Assembly (NCBI GenBank): GCA_963792585.1
Contig: CAWBWI010000001.1
Span: forward strand, 416,001-480,000
DNA length: 64,000 nucleotides
Reading direction: 5' to 3'
Origin: Candidatus Eiseniibacteriota bacterium
GTDB lineage: Bacteria; Eisenbacteria; RBG-16-71-46; CAIMUX01; VGJL01
Numbering within the stretch: position 1 is the stretch's first letter; each line of letters begins with the position of its first letter. A program made the translations under genes and the position numbers. Shown in pieces: positions 49,655-61,292 of the stretch. Below the pieces are notes generated by a model. The model was given only the letters and a program-made list of their open reading frames with translations, searched no databases and was not told the origin of the DNA.

Positions 49655-50455
49655 ATGGCTCGTTCCCTCTGGATCCTTCTCCTTCCAGCGCTCCTGATGC
49701 TCGGCTGCGGGGGATCGGCGCCGGGAATCCAGTCCCTGCCGGGAACGGAGGGAGATTTTCTCCAGGCGAAGCAGGCCTACGAGCAGGGCAACTACATCCG
49801 CGCCGTCGAACTGCTCACCGCGTTCCTCGACGCGCACCCCGGATCGAACCAGCTCGACGAGGTTCTCTATCTGCTTGGCGGCGCGCATCAGAAGACGGGC
49901 GACAACCTGCTCGCCGTGCAGGACTATGAACGCCTGATTCGCGATTTCCCGCAGAGTTCCTTCCGAGAGCAGGCGGAGTTCGAGCGGGCCGAAGCGAACT
50001 ACCGAGAGGCCCTCAAACCCTCGCTCGACCCGGAGGGAACCGAGACGGCGCTCAGTCTCTTTCGCGCCTACCTGATCCGCTACCCGTCGGGGACCCATGT
50101 CGAAGAGGCCCGGGCGGGAATCGAGGATTGTCTCGACCGGCTGGCCGTGAAGGCGCTGATGAACGCCGAGACCTATCGCAGGTTGGAACGCCCGAAGGCG
50201 GAGGTGATCTACCTCGAGAAGGCGTTGACGACCAAGCCGGAATTCACGCGGACCGGGGAAGCCCTCGCCGCCCTCGGCCGGGCATACAAGCGGATCGGGG
50301 AGCCCGACAAGGCTCGGGACAGCTGGCAGCGGCTGCTGGACTACGCGACCCCCGAACGGATCCGGACCGACCCGAAACTCTCGACCCTCCGGCAGGAGGC
50401 GGAGGGGGCCCTGCGCGACCTCCCCGCAACCGTCGGAGAGAACCCCTCCCACTGA
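49655..50455 (+). CDS. bamD: Outer membrane protein assembly factor BamD
   Basis: Lipobox LGC, TPR helices, L...FP.S, T..A...F..YL.RYP. Confidence 0.85.
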   Translation: MARSLWILLLPALLMLGCGGSAPGIQSLPGTEGDFLQAKQAYEQGNYIRAVELLTAFLDAHPGSNQLDEVLYLLGGAHQKTGDNLLAVQDYERLIRDFPQSSFREQAEFERAEANYREALKPSLDPEGTETALSLFRAYLIRYPSGTHVEEARAGIEDCLDRLAVKALMNAETYRRLERPKAEVIYLEKALTTKPEFTRTGEALAALGRAYKRIGEPDKARDSWQRLLDYATPERIRTDPKLSTLRQEAEGALRDLPATVGENPSH

Positions 50456-51039
50456 TGCGCGTCGGCTTCCTGGGCGGGAGCTTCGACCCGATCCACCTCG
50501 GCCACATATGGATCGCCCTCTTCTCGCGCGAGCAGCTCTCGCTCGATCGAGTCCTCATCGTCCCTGCGGCGTGTCCGCCCCACAAGGGGGCGACGGTCGC
50601 GCCCTATCGATTCCGGCTCGACATCGCACGACGCGCGGCGGCAGGGATGCCCGGCATCGAGGTCAACGACATGGAGGCGGACGCATCGCGCCCGTCCTAT
50701 ACGGTCGAGTCCCTGCGTGGCCTGCGTGCGAGCCTCCCGCCGGAGGATGAACTCTGGCTCCTTCTCGGAGGCGATTCCCTGGCCGACCTGCCCCTGTGGT
50801 ATCGGCCCGAGGCGATTCTCGAACTCGCCCAACTCGGCGTCTACGGACGGGAGGGACATCGGGCGCAGGCGCCCCCCGGCGCGCGTTGCGTGGAGGTCAC
50901 CGGGCCCGCCTGCGGTCTGTCATCGACCTTGATCCGCGAGCGTCTGCGTGAAGGTCGATCGGTCAGGGGACTGGTCCCCGAGACGATCGTCGATCGCCTG
51001 CATGTCCCGGGCCCGTACGGAAACGGCGTCCCGTCGTGA
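50455..51039 (+). CDS. nadD: Nicotinate-nucleotide adenylyltransferase
   Basis: GGSFDPIHLGH, PPHK, SYTVESL, G.DS, SST.IR. Confidence 0.92.
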   Translation: MRVGFLGGSFDPIHLGHIWIALFSREQLSLDRVLIVPAACPPHKGATVAPYRFRLDIARRAAAGMPGIEVNDMEADASRPSYTVESLRGLRASLPPEDELWLLLGGDSLADLPLWYRPEAILELAQLGVYGREGHRAQAPPGARCVEVTGPACGLSSTLIRERLREGRSVRGLVPETIVDRLHVPGPYGNGVPS

Positions 51040-53721
51040 AGGAGAAGATCTATCTCGTCGACGGCTCGGCCCTGGTCTTCCGAGCCCACTTCGCATTCCA
51101 ACGGAATCAACTCCTCACCACCGACGGTCAGAACGTGAGCGCGGTCTTCGGGTTCGCGAGCGCCTTGTTCTCCGTGCTCACGGCGGAGAAGGCGCGCTTC
51201 GTCGCGGTGGCCTTCGATACGGCGGCCCCAACCTTCCGTCACGAGCGGTTCGCGGCCTACAAGGCGAATCGGCCGCCCCTGCCCGAGGAGCTCGTCGCGC
51301 AGTTTCCCATCGTCCAGGATCTGGTGCGGACGTTGGGGATCGCCCTGCTGCAACAGGAGGGCGTGGAGGCGGACGATCTGATCGCCAGTCTCGCCTTGGC
51401 CGCCGTGGCGCGCGGGGACGAAGCGGTGATCGTCTCCGCGGACAAGGACTTCAACCAGCTCATCCGTCCGGGCATCTCCCAGTGGATCCCTCCTCGAGGC
51501 CGGGAACCGGCGGTGTTGCTGGGCCCGCAGGAGGTCGAGGAGCGGTGGGGCGTGCCCCCGGAACGCGTGCTCGACGTCCTCGCCCTCGTCGGCGACGCGG
51601 TCGACAACGTTCCCGGGGTGAAGGGGATCGGTGAGAAAACCGCGACGGAGCTGATCCGGACCTACGGAGATCTGGACAGCCTGTACGCGCATCTGGAGGC
51701 GATTCCAAAAGCCGCGGTCCGCGAGAAGCTCATCGCCGGGCGCGAGAGCGCGTATCTATCCCGGGAACTGATCCAGCTGCGGACCGACCTCGTTCCCGCG
51801 ACGAGTCTGGATCCCTACGCCGTTCCAGACTTCCGCGGCAGGCCGGGCCTGCTCGAGCTCCTGCAGCGTCTCGAGTTTCGACGATTGATCGAGTCTCTCG
51901 ATCTGAAGCCGGCCAGCCAATGGCAGGCGGCCTACGAGGCGATCTCGGATCCGGCGCGGCTGCGTGAGCTGCTCGCCACCCGTCCGGCGGGAAAGCCGAT
52001 CGCCATCGACACCGAGACGAACTCCCTCGATGCGCGACGCGCGAAGGCCGTGGGCCTGTCGTTCTCCTGGGAGCCGGGGCATGCGTACTACGTGCCCGTG
52101 GGGCACAACCAGGGCCCGAATCTGCCGGTCGACGCGCTGGCCGACACCATGGGTCCGATCCTGGCCGATCCGTCGATCGAGAAGATCGGCCAGAACATGA
52201 AATTCGATCTCCACGTCCTCCATGGACTCGGTCTGGCCGTTCGTGGGCCGCTCTTCGACACGCTGCATTGCGTCCTACCTGCTCGATCCCGACCGTCCGC
52301 ACGACCTCGACGCGCTGACCCTCGACCTGTTGGGCCATCGAAAGATCCCGACCAAGCAGTTGATCGGCAGCGGGAAACAGCAGACGACGATGGATCTTCT
52401 GGATCCCGGACAGGTTCGGGATTACGCCGCCGAGGATGCGGATGCCGTTGTGCGACTCCACGGGGTCCTTCTCGACGGCCTCCGCGAGCGCGGACAGGAG
52501 TCCCTGCTGCGGGACCTCGAGGCCCCCCTCATTCCGGTTCTCGTCGAGATGGAGCGGGCGGGCGTCCATGTGGATGCGGGACAGCTCGCCTCCTTCTCGC
52601 GTGAGCTGGAATCCGACATGGTGCGGCAGACCGAGGAGGTACACCGGCTCGCGGGGGCGCCGTTCAACATCAACTCACCGGCGCAACTCGGGGAGATTCT
52701 CTTCGAGCGGCTGAAATTGCCGCACGGCAAGAAGACCAAGACCGGTTACTCGACCGACTCCGAGGTGCTCGAGGACCTCGCCCTCGAGCAGCCGATCGCG
52801 CGCGCGGTCCTCGAGTACCGTCAGTCCATGAAGCTGCGATCCACCTACGTGGAGGCGCTTCCCCGGTTGATCGATCCGGCCACCGGCCGGATCCACGCGC
52901 AGTTCAACCAGACGGTCGCGGCGACGGGGCGGCTCTCCTCCAGCGATCCGAATCTACAGAATATCCCCGTGCGAACCCCGCAGGGTCGGCGGATCCGGCA
53001 GGCCTTCACGCCGCAGCGCCCGACGGATCTCCTCATCTCGGCGGATTATTCGCAGATCGAGCTGCGGATCCTCGCGCACCTCTCGGGTGATCAGCAACTC
53101 CTCGAGGCCTTCCGTTCGGGAGAGGACATCCACGCGGCGACGGCGGCGCGCATTTTCGATGTCCCGATCGACGCGGTCGACCCGCTGATGCGCTCCCGCG
53201 CGAAGACGGTCAACTTCGGCGTCCTCTACGGAATGGGACCGATGCGCCTCTCCCGCGAACTTTCCATCCCGCTGGCGGAAGCACGCCGCTTCATCGACCA
53301 GTATTTCGCGAAGATGCCCGCGGTGAAAGGTTACCTGGAAGGAAGCCTCGAAAAGGCGCGGCGGGATGGCTTCGTCTCGACCGTGCTGGGCCGCAGGCGC
53401 TATCTGCCGGGTCTGGGATCCGGGGACGCGCGGACGCGTAGCTCGGCGGAACGTGTGGCGGCGAACACGCCGATCCAGGGTTCCGCCGCCGACCTGATCA
53501 AGCGCGCGATGATCCGCCTCCGCGATCGGCTCACCCAGGAGCGTCTCGAAACGCGCCTGATCCTGCAGGTCCACGACGAACTGCTCCTCGAGGGACCGTC
53601 GGGGGAGCGGGAGCGGGTCGTCGATGCGCTGCGCAACTCGATGGAAGGCGCGATCGCCCTCGCGGTTCCCCTCAAGGTGGACGTCGGCTGGGGGGCGAAC
53701 TGGGACGAGGCGCACGGCTAG
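51036..53721 (+). CDS. polA: DNA polymerase I (one indel near 52265)
   Basis: LVDGS, EADD, GDAVDNVPGV.GIG.KTA, 3'-5' exonuclease DTET, TGRLSSSDPNLQNIP, ADYSQIELR, K.VNFG..YG, QVHDEL. Confidence 0.97.
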
Positions 53722-53733
53722 CGGGGGAGGACG

Positions 53734-54330
53734 ATGAAAGCCGTCGGCGTGACCGGGCGCATCGGAAGCGGCAAGTCGACCCTCTGCAGGCTGCTCGCGG
53801 AGCGTCATGCCTGCACCGTAATCGACGCCGATCGGCTGGGTCACGCGGCTCTGCAGGACCCCGTGATTCGAGGGCGTGTCGTCGAACGCTTCGGGGAGAC
53901 GGTTCTCGACGCCCGGGGAGAGATCGATCGCGCGGCGGTCGCGCGTCGCGTATTCGACGACCCCGAAGCCCTCCGCGATCTCGAGGCGCTGACGCATCCG
54001 TGGATCGTGGGGCGGATCCTCGAGAGGCTGGCCGCCTTGCGGGGCGCGGATCCTGCTGCTATCGTGCTCGTCGACGCGGCCCTGCTCCTCCCGTGGATCG
54101 AGCGGCTGCCGCTCGATGGGGTCGTCTGGGTGCGCGCCTCGGACCAGGCGTCGATCGAACGACTCGAGCTTCGGGGAATCGGAGGGCAGGAGGCCCGCAG
54201 GCGCCTGGAGCGCCAGCGTCCGGAGGAGGACTTCCGCCGGCGCGCCACGGTGATCGTGGAGAACTCCGGCGGGCTCGAAGCGCTTGCCTGCGAAGCCGAC
54301 AGGCTCTGGGATTCGCTCTTGAATGGGTAG
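53734..54330 (+). CDS. coaE: Dephospho-CoA kinase
   Basis: GVTGRIGSGKST, IDAD..GH, IDR....RVF, LEALTHP. Confidence 0.92.
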   Translation: MKAVGVTGRIGSGKSTLCRLLAERHACTVIDADRLGHAALQDPVIRGRVVERFGETVLDARGEIDRAAVARRVFDDPEALRDLEALTHPWIVGRILERLAALRGADPAAIVLVDAALLLPWIERLPLDGVVWVRASDQASIERLELRGIGGQEARRRLERQRPEEDFRRRATVIVENSGGLEALACEADRLWDSLLNG

Positions 54331-54344
54331 GAGGGTGTCCGTCG

Positions 54345-55467
54345 ATGGGTATCGATATCCGCCAGATTCTCGGGGAGAGCCGGGTGAAGCTCGATCAGCT
54401 TCGGAGTTTCCTTTGATCTGGAGGGAAAGCAACTCGAGATCGCACGCCTCGAACAGCTGATGAGCGAGCCGGGCTTCTGGGATCGCCCCGCCGAAGCCCG
54501 TGACCGAATCCAGAAACTCAAGGCGTCCAGGCATCAGTGCGTTCGATGGCAGGATCTGCGGCGGGCCACCGACGACCTCGGCGCGATGGTCGAACTCGTG
54601 GACGAGACGGGGGATCCCGAGGCGGAGACCGAGGCGACCCGCATTGCTCGAAAGCTCGAGCGGGACATGTCCGCGTTCGAGTTGACCTCGTTCTTCGCGA
54701 GCGAGCTCGACTCGCATGACGCCGTCGTCGCCATCCACCCCGGCGCAGGCGGAACGGAGAGTCAAGACTGGGCCGAGATGCTGTTGCGGATGTATCTCCG
54801 GTGGGCGGAGGAGAACGGCTTCAAGACCTCCCTGCTCGACTATCAGGAAGGGGAAGAGGCCGGCATCAAGGATGCCACGATCGAGATCCAGGGTGAGTAC
54901 GCGTACGGATACCTTCAGTCGGAGAGCGGCGTGCATCGTCTCGTGCGCATCTCCCCCTACGATGCTTCGAAGCGACGCCACACTTCGTTCGCCTCGATCT
55001 TCGTCCTGCCTCAGGTCGACGAGCTCACGGATGTCGAGATCCCGGACGAAGAGCTGAGGGTCGACACCTTCCGGGCGAGCGGGGCCGGCGGCCAACACGT
55101 CAACAAGACCGATTCGGCGGTGCGCATCACGCATCTCCCGACCGGGCTGGTCGTCCAGTCCCAGGCGGAACGCTCGCAGCATCGGAACCGGGACCACGCG
55201 ATGCGGATCCTGCGGGCCCGCATCTTCAACCATTACCTGGAGCAGGAACGGAAGAAGCTCGACCATCTCGAGGATGGGAAGCGGGATATCGCCTTCGGGA
55301 GCCAGATCCGTTCCTACGTATTCCACCCCTACAATCTGGTCAAGGATCACCGGACGGACACGGAAACCTCCGATGTGCAGGGCGTCATGAACGGTGACTT
55401 GAACCCGTTCATCGACGCTTGGCTCCGCACGCGCAACCGGCCCCTGACTCGGGGCGATCGGGGCTAG
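54345..55467 (+). CDS. prfB: Peptide chain release factor 2 with programmed +1 frameshift at CTT-TGA (54411-54416)
   Basis: 23-codon leader ending ..LRSFL*, continuing +1 as DLEGK..FW; GAGGTESQDW, HRLVRISPYD, GAGGQHVNKT. Confidence 0.96.
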
Positions 55468-55486
55468 CCCCGAGGATGACAAACAA

Positions 55487-55515
55487 TTGACACCCCCGAG
55501 GCGCTTGGTTAGCCT
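55487..55515 (+). promoter_or_regulatory. sigma70 promoter of the heme lipoprotein/beta-barrel pair
   Basis: TTGACA, 17-nt spacer, TAGCCT. Confidence 0.65.
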
Positions 55516-55603
55516 CCATTCGAGCACCCATGGTCGGGGTGCGATGCGGTCGTCTGCTCGGGGTTGGAGAAGGCCCGCCGCTGAGGGCCGGATGGGGAAG
55601 GGG

Positions 55604-56911
55604 ATGGGCAGAACGAGCTCTCCTAAGCTGTTGTATCCTATCGGAGTTGGAATCCTCTTAGCGACCGGACTGGTCGGACTGATCGGGTGTCAGAAAACCG
55701 ATGGTCTCCTCGACCCTGCCGGCGACGCAAGTTCCGTCCTGCATGCGGCCTATCGTTCGGAGGCCGCTTTCGAGGACAACCCAATCGTCCTCGACGGCCA
55801 GGCGATCGACACCGAGTGGGGCGGGGTCGGGACGGGTTCGACCTATATCAACGTCCGCGTTTCCGCGGACCAGGGGTCGGGGGTCGCCAAGCCGCCCGCG
55901 TACGTTGCGATGAAGGCCGTCTACACCGATCGGGACCTGTTCCTCTTGGTCCGATGGACCGACACCAACCCCGACGAAGCGAAGGATGCGATGTTCTATC
56001 GGGGCGAGACCCTCGATAGTCTCGGCGGCGGCTGCCAGCCATCCCTCGTCGACCCGGTCAACTGGATCCGGAACCCCGGCGGCAGCTTCGACGAGGATCG
56101 GGTCACCCTCGCCTTCGAAGCGGATTCCGCGGGCAACTCGATCGGTCCGTTCTCGCAGTACGGCTGCCTTACGGCCTGCCACGTGAACGAGCAGCCCGCA
56201 TTCGGCCGCGTGGGTTACGGGCGCCTGGAGGTCTGGCAGTGGCTGGCCTCCCGCACCAATCCCATCCGGGATCTGTACGACCGCCGCGAGAGCGCGGGCG
56301 ATCCGCTCCATGGAATCCCCGGTTACCTGGACGATCTCTACTCCGACATGACCGGGGGGCTTCAGGCGGATCCGGGAGCGGCCTGCTATCGCGCGAACTT
56401 CACTGCGGGCAGCGACGTTCCGACCTGGTTCTACCGCGAGGTGGATGACCCCTTCGCCCGGCCCCAGAATCCGGCGACCTGCTTCAACGAATTCGGAGAG
56501 AATCCGTGCAGGAAGAACAACGGCCTCGTTCTCACCAGCATCTGGAGGGAGAAGCCCGAGGTGCACGTGCCGGCCATCAGCGAGTGCGACACCATGAACT
56601 TCGCTCCTTTGCCCCTGGGCACGGAGCCCAGGACGTGGCGGCGCGGCGACCGGGTTCCAGGTTGGATCCTCACCTACCCCAACGGAAGCCGGGCCGACGT
56701 GCACGGGAAGGCGCAGTACGCCGAAGGAGTCTGGACGTTGGAGATCGGCCGCCGGCTCGACACCGGGGACCCGCTTCACGACGTGATCTTCCAACCGGCG
56801 TCGGGGCGCAAGTACGTCTTCACGCTCGCCGTCATGGACAACTCGGAGGCCGAACACCTGGGCTCGGAACCGCAGACCTTGACCTTTGACCCGAAGGGAG
56901 GGGTGCGGTGA
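55604..56911 (+). CDS. Lipoprotein of the ethylbenzene-dehydrogenase-gamma/DOMON heme-binding (EB_dh-like) type with a CxxxCH motif
   Basis: Lipobox LIGC; MKAVY....LF.LVRW.D, EDR....F, GCLTACH, VWQW.A.RT, G.WTLE..RRL.TG...DV.F, AV.DN....H. Confidence 0.72.
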   Translation: MGRTSSPKLLYPIGVGILLATGLVGLIGCQKTDGLLDPAGDASSVLHAAYRSEAAFEDNPIVLDGQAIDTEWGGVGTGSTYINVRVSADQGSGVAKPPAYVAMKAVYTDRDLFLLVRWTDTNPDEAKDAMFYRGETLDSLGGGCQPSLVDPVNWIRNPGGSFDEDRVTLAFEADSAGNSIGPFSQYGCLTACHVNEQPAFGRVGYGRLEVWQWLASRTNPIRDLYDRRESAGDPLHGIPGYLDDLYSDMTGGLQADPGAACYRANFTAGSDVPTWFYREVDDPFARPQNPATCFNEFGENPCRKNNGLVLTSIWREKPEVHVPAISECDTMNFAPLPLGTEPRTWRRGDRVPGWILTYPNGSRADVHGKAQYAEGVWTLEIGRRLDTGDPLHDVIFQPASGRKYVFTLAVMDNSEAEHLGSEPQTLTFDPKGGVR

Positions 56912-58387
56912 TGGCGCGCACAGCCCCGCTTGCGATCATCTGTGCGGGCCTTGCGCTCCGGCGCTTGTGCGATTCCGCCGGCAAATGGGCAGGCAATCGA
57001 TTGGCTCGCGGATCAGGGAGGGGTCGCGATCTCCCGGCAGCCCAGTTCGGCCCGGCTCGATGCGATGGGAGGCCTCGAGGTCTCCGTCGCGGACGAGGAC
57101 CGCGAACTGAATCTCCTCGACTACGGCCGCAACGTCTGCGGCTTCTTGACCGACAGCGACTACCGGCGGTGGGAGTTATGGCAGGCGACGAACCGGTCCG
57201 TGCGGGACATCCGCGACGCATCCGGCGCGAGGACGCGCACACGAACCGATCTCTCGGAGATCGGCGGGCGGATGGCCTGGCGCAACGAGGGCACTCGTGT
57301 GCTGGGGGCCGACTTCGTATTCGATGACCTGCGGAGTTCCCTCGAGCGCGGACCGAACACGAAGATCCGAGGGCCGATGTCGGGGATCTTCGCCGCGCAG
57401 AAGGTGAGTACGCTGACCGTCGGCGGATCCATCCACTTGATCAGCGACAACGAGGATCTCCGCTCCGAGAGCGTCTTCGCCATCCGGCACGAGAGCTCCG
57501 GAGTTCGGGGAGCGGGCGCGATCGCCCTCGATCTCGGCAGCCTCCTCCTCGGGGCCCAGATCGAATCGCAAAGCAACACGATCCGCGGGCTGTCTCGCGA
57601 CGAATCGCGGTTCCATGAGGACAAGCTGACCTGGAAGCGACCGTCGAAGGTCTATGATCTCTCCGCCTTCTGGACACCCACGGAGATGCTCACGGGAGCC
57701 GTGCATGCCCGAATCGTCCAACTGGACGGGCGCGAAGAGGTCAAGATCAGCTGGAGCGACCGGATGCCCGACAACCCCAGCCGCTCGAACTTCCTCGAAA
57801 GAACAGGGACCTTCAAGGAGACCAGGGACGGGACCGAAATCGGGACCCGCTGGGAGGCCGTCCCAATCGATCGGGTCCGGGTCGGCGCGCGCCTCGACCG
57901 GTCCAAGATCGACGACACGGTCATCGAGGGAAAGAACTACAAGGGAAGCCGGAGGGCGCAGGACACCAGCAACGAGCTCTTGATCGGGGGCGGGGGCGCG
58001 AGCTACGAGACCGCCGACGGCCGCTTCCGGCTCGGGGCGGAAGGCTGGTACACGACCCTGGATGCGAAGGCCAAGGGGATCGAGGAGGCCATCCAGACCA
58101 AGTCGCGCCAGATCGAGTTCCGCACCGGCGGAGAGTACTTCGTCCGGGACCGTTTCGCGCTGCGGGGCGGGTTCCAGAGGATCGCCTTCGACTCGGACCG
58201 GGATCAGCCCCGCACCCTCGAGGTCGGCAACGGATACACGCTGGGGGTCGGCTATGTCGCGCGCGGCGGCCTCTATCAGCTCGATGCCGCGATCCGTGTC
58301 TTGAACATGGATCCGGATTACTCCGGGTTCCCGAACCGCGAGGATGCACGGACCTCGATCACGCTCGGGGCCCGCTTCCTCCTATAG
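56911..58387 (+). CDS. Outer-membrane beta-barrel protein (indel in signal peptide near 56960)
   Basis: TGATG coupling to the upstream gene; alternating amphipathic strands; GGEY..FALRGG; ends ITLGARFLL. Confidence 0.65.
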
Positions 58388-58553
58388 GTTTGCCGATGAA
58401 TGCCCTCTATGCCCCTGCAACAGGTTGGGGTTTATGGCGATTGACCTTCGGGGTACCAGCGTGTCTACAGTCATGTCGGGGGTTGGCGGACCATTCTCCT
58501 CCCCGGTCGTCCTCTCTTGATCGGGGAGCCACGGAGAAAGGAGCGCTACGACC

Positions 58554-61264
58554 ATGAAGTCGTCCAGGTGCCTCCCTGGGATGGCTTTGCTTTGGGTGCC
58601 GTCCTCGTCCTCGTCCCGGGCCTCGCCTCAGCCCAAGGGTCAGAACACGGGTTCGATCACCGGCAAGGTCACGGACGACGGACGGGAAACCGCTTCCCGT
58701 ACGCGAACGTCGTGATTCTCGGGACCGGCGTGGGGCGGCATGTCGAGCGACACCGGCGCCTTCACCATCAAGAACGTGCCGGTCGGCAACTACTCCGTGA
58801 AGGTCATGCTCATCGGGTACGAGGACCAGACCGTCGGCGACGTTCGCGTCGACAAGGGCGCGGCGACACAACGTCGATTTCAAGGTCGAAGCAGAAGGTC
58901 GTCGGCGTCATGGACATGGTTGAGATCACCGCCGCCCGGCAGCGGATCAAGCTGAAGTCGACGGAACAGGGACACAACATCAACTCGAAGGACATGGAGA
59001 ACATGCCGGTCGACGAGATCACGGAGCTGATCGGCCTGAAGGCCGGTGTCGTCGCGCAGGGCGGGGAGCTGCATTTCCGTGGAGGACGCGGGGGCGAGGT
59101 CCAGTACCAGGTCGACGGCGTGCCCGTGCGCGATCCCCTCGTCGGCGGCGGCGTCAGCCTCGCCGCGCTCGCCATCGAGAGCGCCGACGTGATCATGGGC
59201 GGGCTCGACGCTCAGTACGGCAACGCCCAGTCCGGGCGTCATCAACTACAAGACGAAGGAAGGCGGCCAGAGCCTCGAGGGGGAAATCTACTACCTGACG
59301 GACGACTACGGCCAGCCGGACAACACGTACGACAACCTGGACCGCGTGTTCCTGCGGACTCGGCGGGCCGTCCCCGATCAAGGACCTGACCTACTACATC
59401 TCCGGCGAGGGAACCTATCGGACGGCTATCCAAAGACGACCGAGCGACGGTCCCGGCACAGGATTCTGAACTTCATCTCCGTCGGCGATCGAAAGAGCAA
59501 CAACGTCCGCTTGCAGGGGAAGCTCGCCTACCGGATCGGCCCGTCCTACAAGCTGACGGCCGAGGTGATCAACAACGACCGCGAGGTACGACAGTTACTA
59601 CCACTCGTGGAGCCGGGACGGCTACGTCCAGACCTTCCGTCGACACGACCCAGACCGGCGAGATCGTGCTCCGCCACGGCCGCTGGTCTCCGATCCCAGG
59701 TCGACTCGACCTACGAGTACTACAACGCCGCCGAGCACACCCCGAACTACGAGAACAACTTCAACCAGGTGAAGGTCGTCTGGACCCACACGATCGACGC
59801 CATCGACCTTCTACTCGGTCAAGCTCATCGGAAGCCAGCTTCGTCGCTCGACCAGCGGGTGCGGGGCAAGGAGCCGTGGGAGTACGACGGCACGAGCTTC
59901 CGCGACTTCTACTACAACTACCTGCGACAACGAATCGAGCGACTTCTTCGTCACCTGGGGCGACTATCCGCATTCTTCGCGCACCGTGACACGCAGGTCC
60001 TGACGGGCAAGATGGACCTCACGAAGAAGTACAAGCGCCACACGTTCCAGACCGGGCTCGACGGGACCTACAACGACATGCGCTACTTGCAGGTCGACCG
60101 TCCGTACCAGACGAGCGCGACGGGGGAGATCGGCGCGACCCGGACGCGGTATCACTACTACAACCCCGAAGGCGCGGCCTACTTCCAGGATCGCTGGGAG
60201 CACGAGGGCATGGTGCTCAACATCGGGCTGCGCTACGACATCTTCAGCGTCGGCCAGCAGATTCCGATCAGCGAGGTGCGGGAGCGCGTGAAGAAGCAGT
60301 TCAGCCCGCGAATCGGGATCGCCTACCCCATCTCGGACCGGGACGTGTTCAGCTTCCACTATGGCCGCTTCTATCAGATCCCGGATCGGCAGTACATCTT
60401 CGACAACCGGAACGTCTTCGACGGCCGCGTGCGCGGGCAACCCGAACCTGACCAACGAGACGACCGTTTCCTACCAGGCCGGGATCCAGCACCTGTTCAG
60501 CGAGCTGGTGAGCGGGCAGTTCAGCGTCTACTACAAGGACATCTTCGGGCTCTTGACGACGGACGAGTATCCCGTTCTGGGCTCGGTCGGCAACATCCCG
60601 ACCTACGTGAACAAGGACTACGCCTCGGCCCGCGGATTCGAGGCGACGCTCCGGCGCGGCTTCGGGAACAACTTCCAGACCGAGGTGAACTACGCATTCG
60701 GCGTCGCCACGGGCGTCGGGAGCGACCCCAATGCGCGTCGTTCTCAGAACTTCGCATACCTGCCGGTTTCCGAACAGGCGCTTCCTTGGGACGTCCGGCA
60801 CACCCTGACGGCCCAGCTCTATCTCGCCAAACCGGGACTCTGGGGCGCGGGCTTCGTCTGGCAGTACTCGTCCGGATTCCCCTACACGCCGATCCTGCGC
60901 ACGACGCGCCAGATCGAGCCGGAGGTTGTCAACTCGCGGCAGGCTCCCGGGCCAGACCTCCCTCGACATCCAGGCCGAGAAGTACTACCAGGTGTGGGGG
61001 CAGCGCTTCAAGCTGTTCATGCAGAGCCGGAATGTGCTCGACGCGAAGAACATCACCGACATGTCACCCGGCAACGCCTTCACGGGACCCGCCCTCCGTG
61101 GCAACGACTACGAGATCTACTACACGGAGACGGGGCGCACCGGAGGCGCATATCTCGACGATGACACCAACGGTGATGGGATCGAGGACTTCGTGCCCCT
61201 GAACGACCCCCGGGTTTACGGTGACCCACGGTCGGTCCGAGTGGGCGTGTCGTTCAGCTTCTAG
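58554..61264 (+). CDS. TonB-dependent receptor with N-terminal carboxypeptidase-regulatory-like domain (many indels)
   Basis: GSITGKV.D, PVG.YSV, plug GVV....LHFRGGR..EV.Y.VDG, GG..AQYGNAQSG, GLRYD, SPRIG..YP, YG.FYQ.P, C-terminal VSFSF. Confidence 0.88.
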
Positions 61265-61292
61265 GTCCGGGGTTGGAAGGAGAAGCGACGAG

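Noticed and set aside
58388..58553. Cobalamin/TPP riboswitch or Fur box ahead of the TonB receptor
   Set aside because: No B12-box or TPP core motif recognised; the TTGACC..TACAGT spacing of 19 nt makes even the promoter uncertain; an Infernal/Rfam scan would settle it
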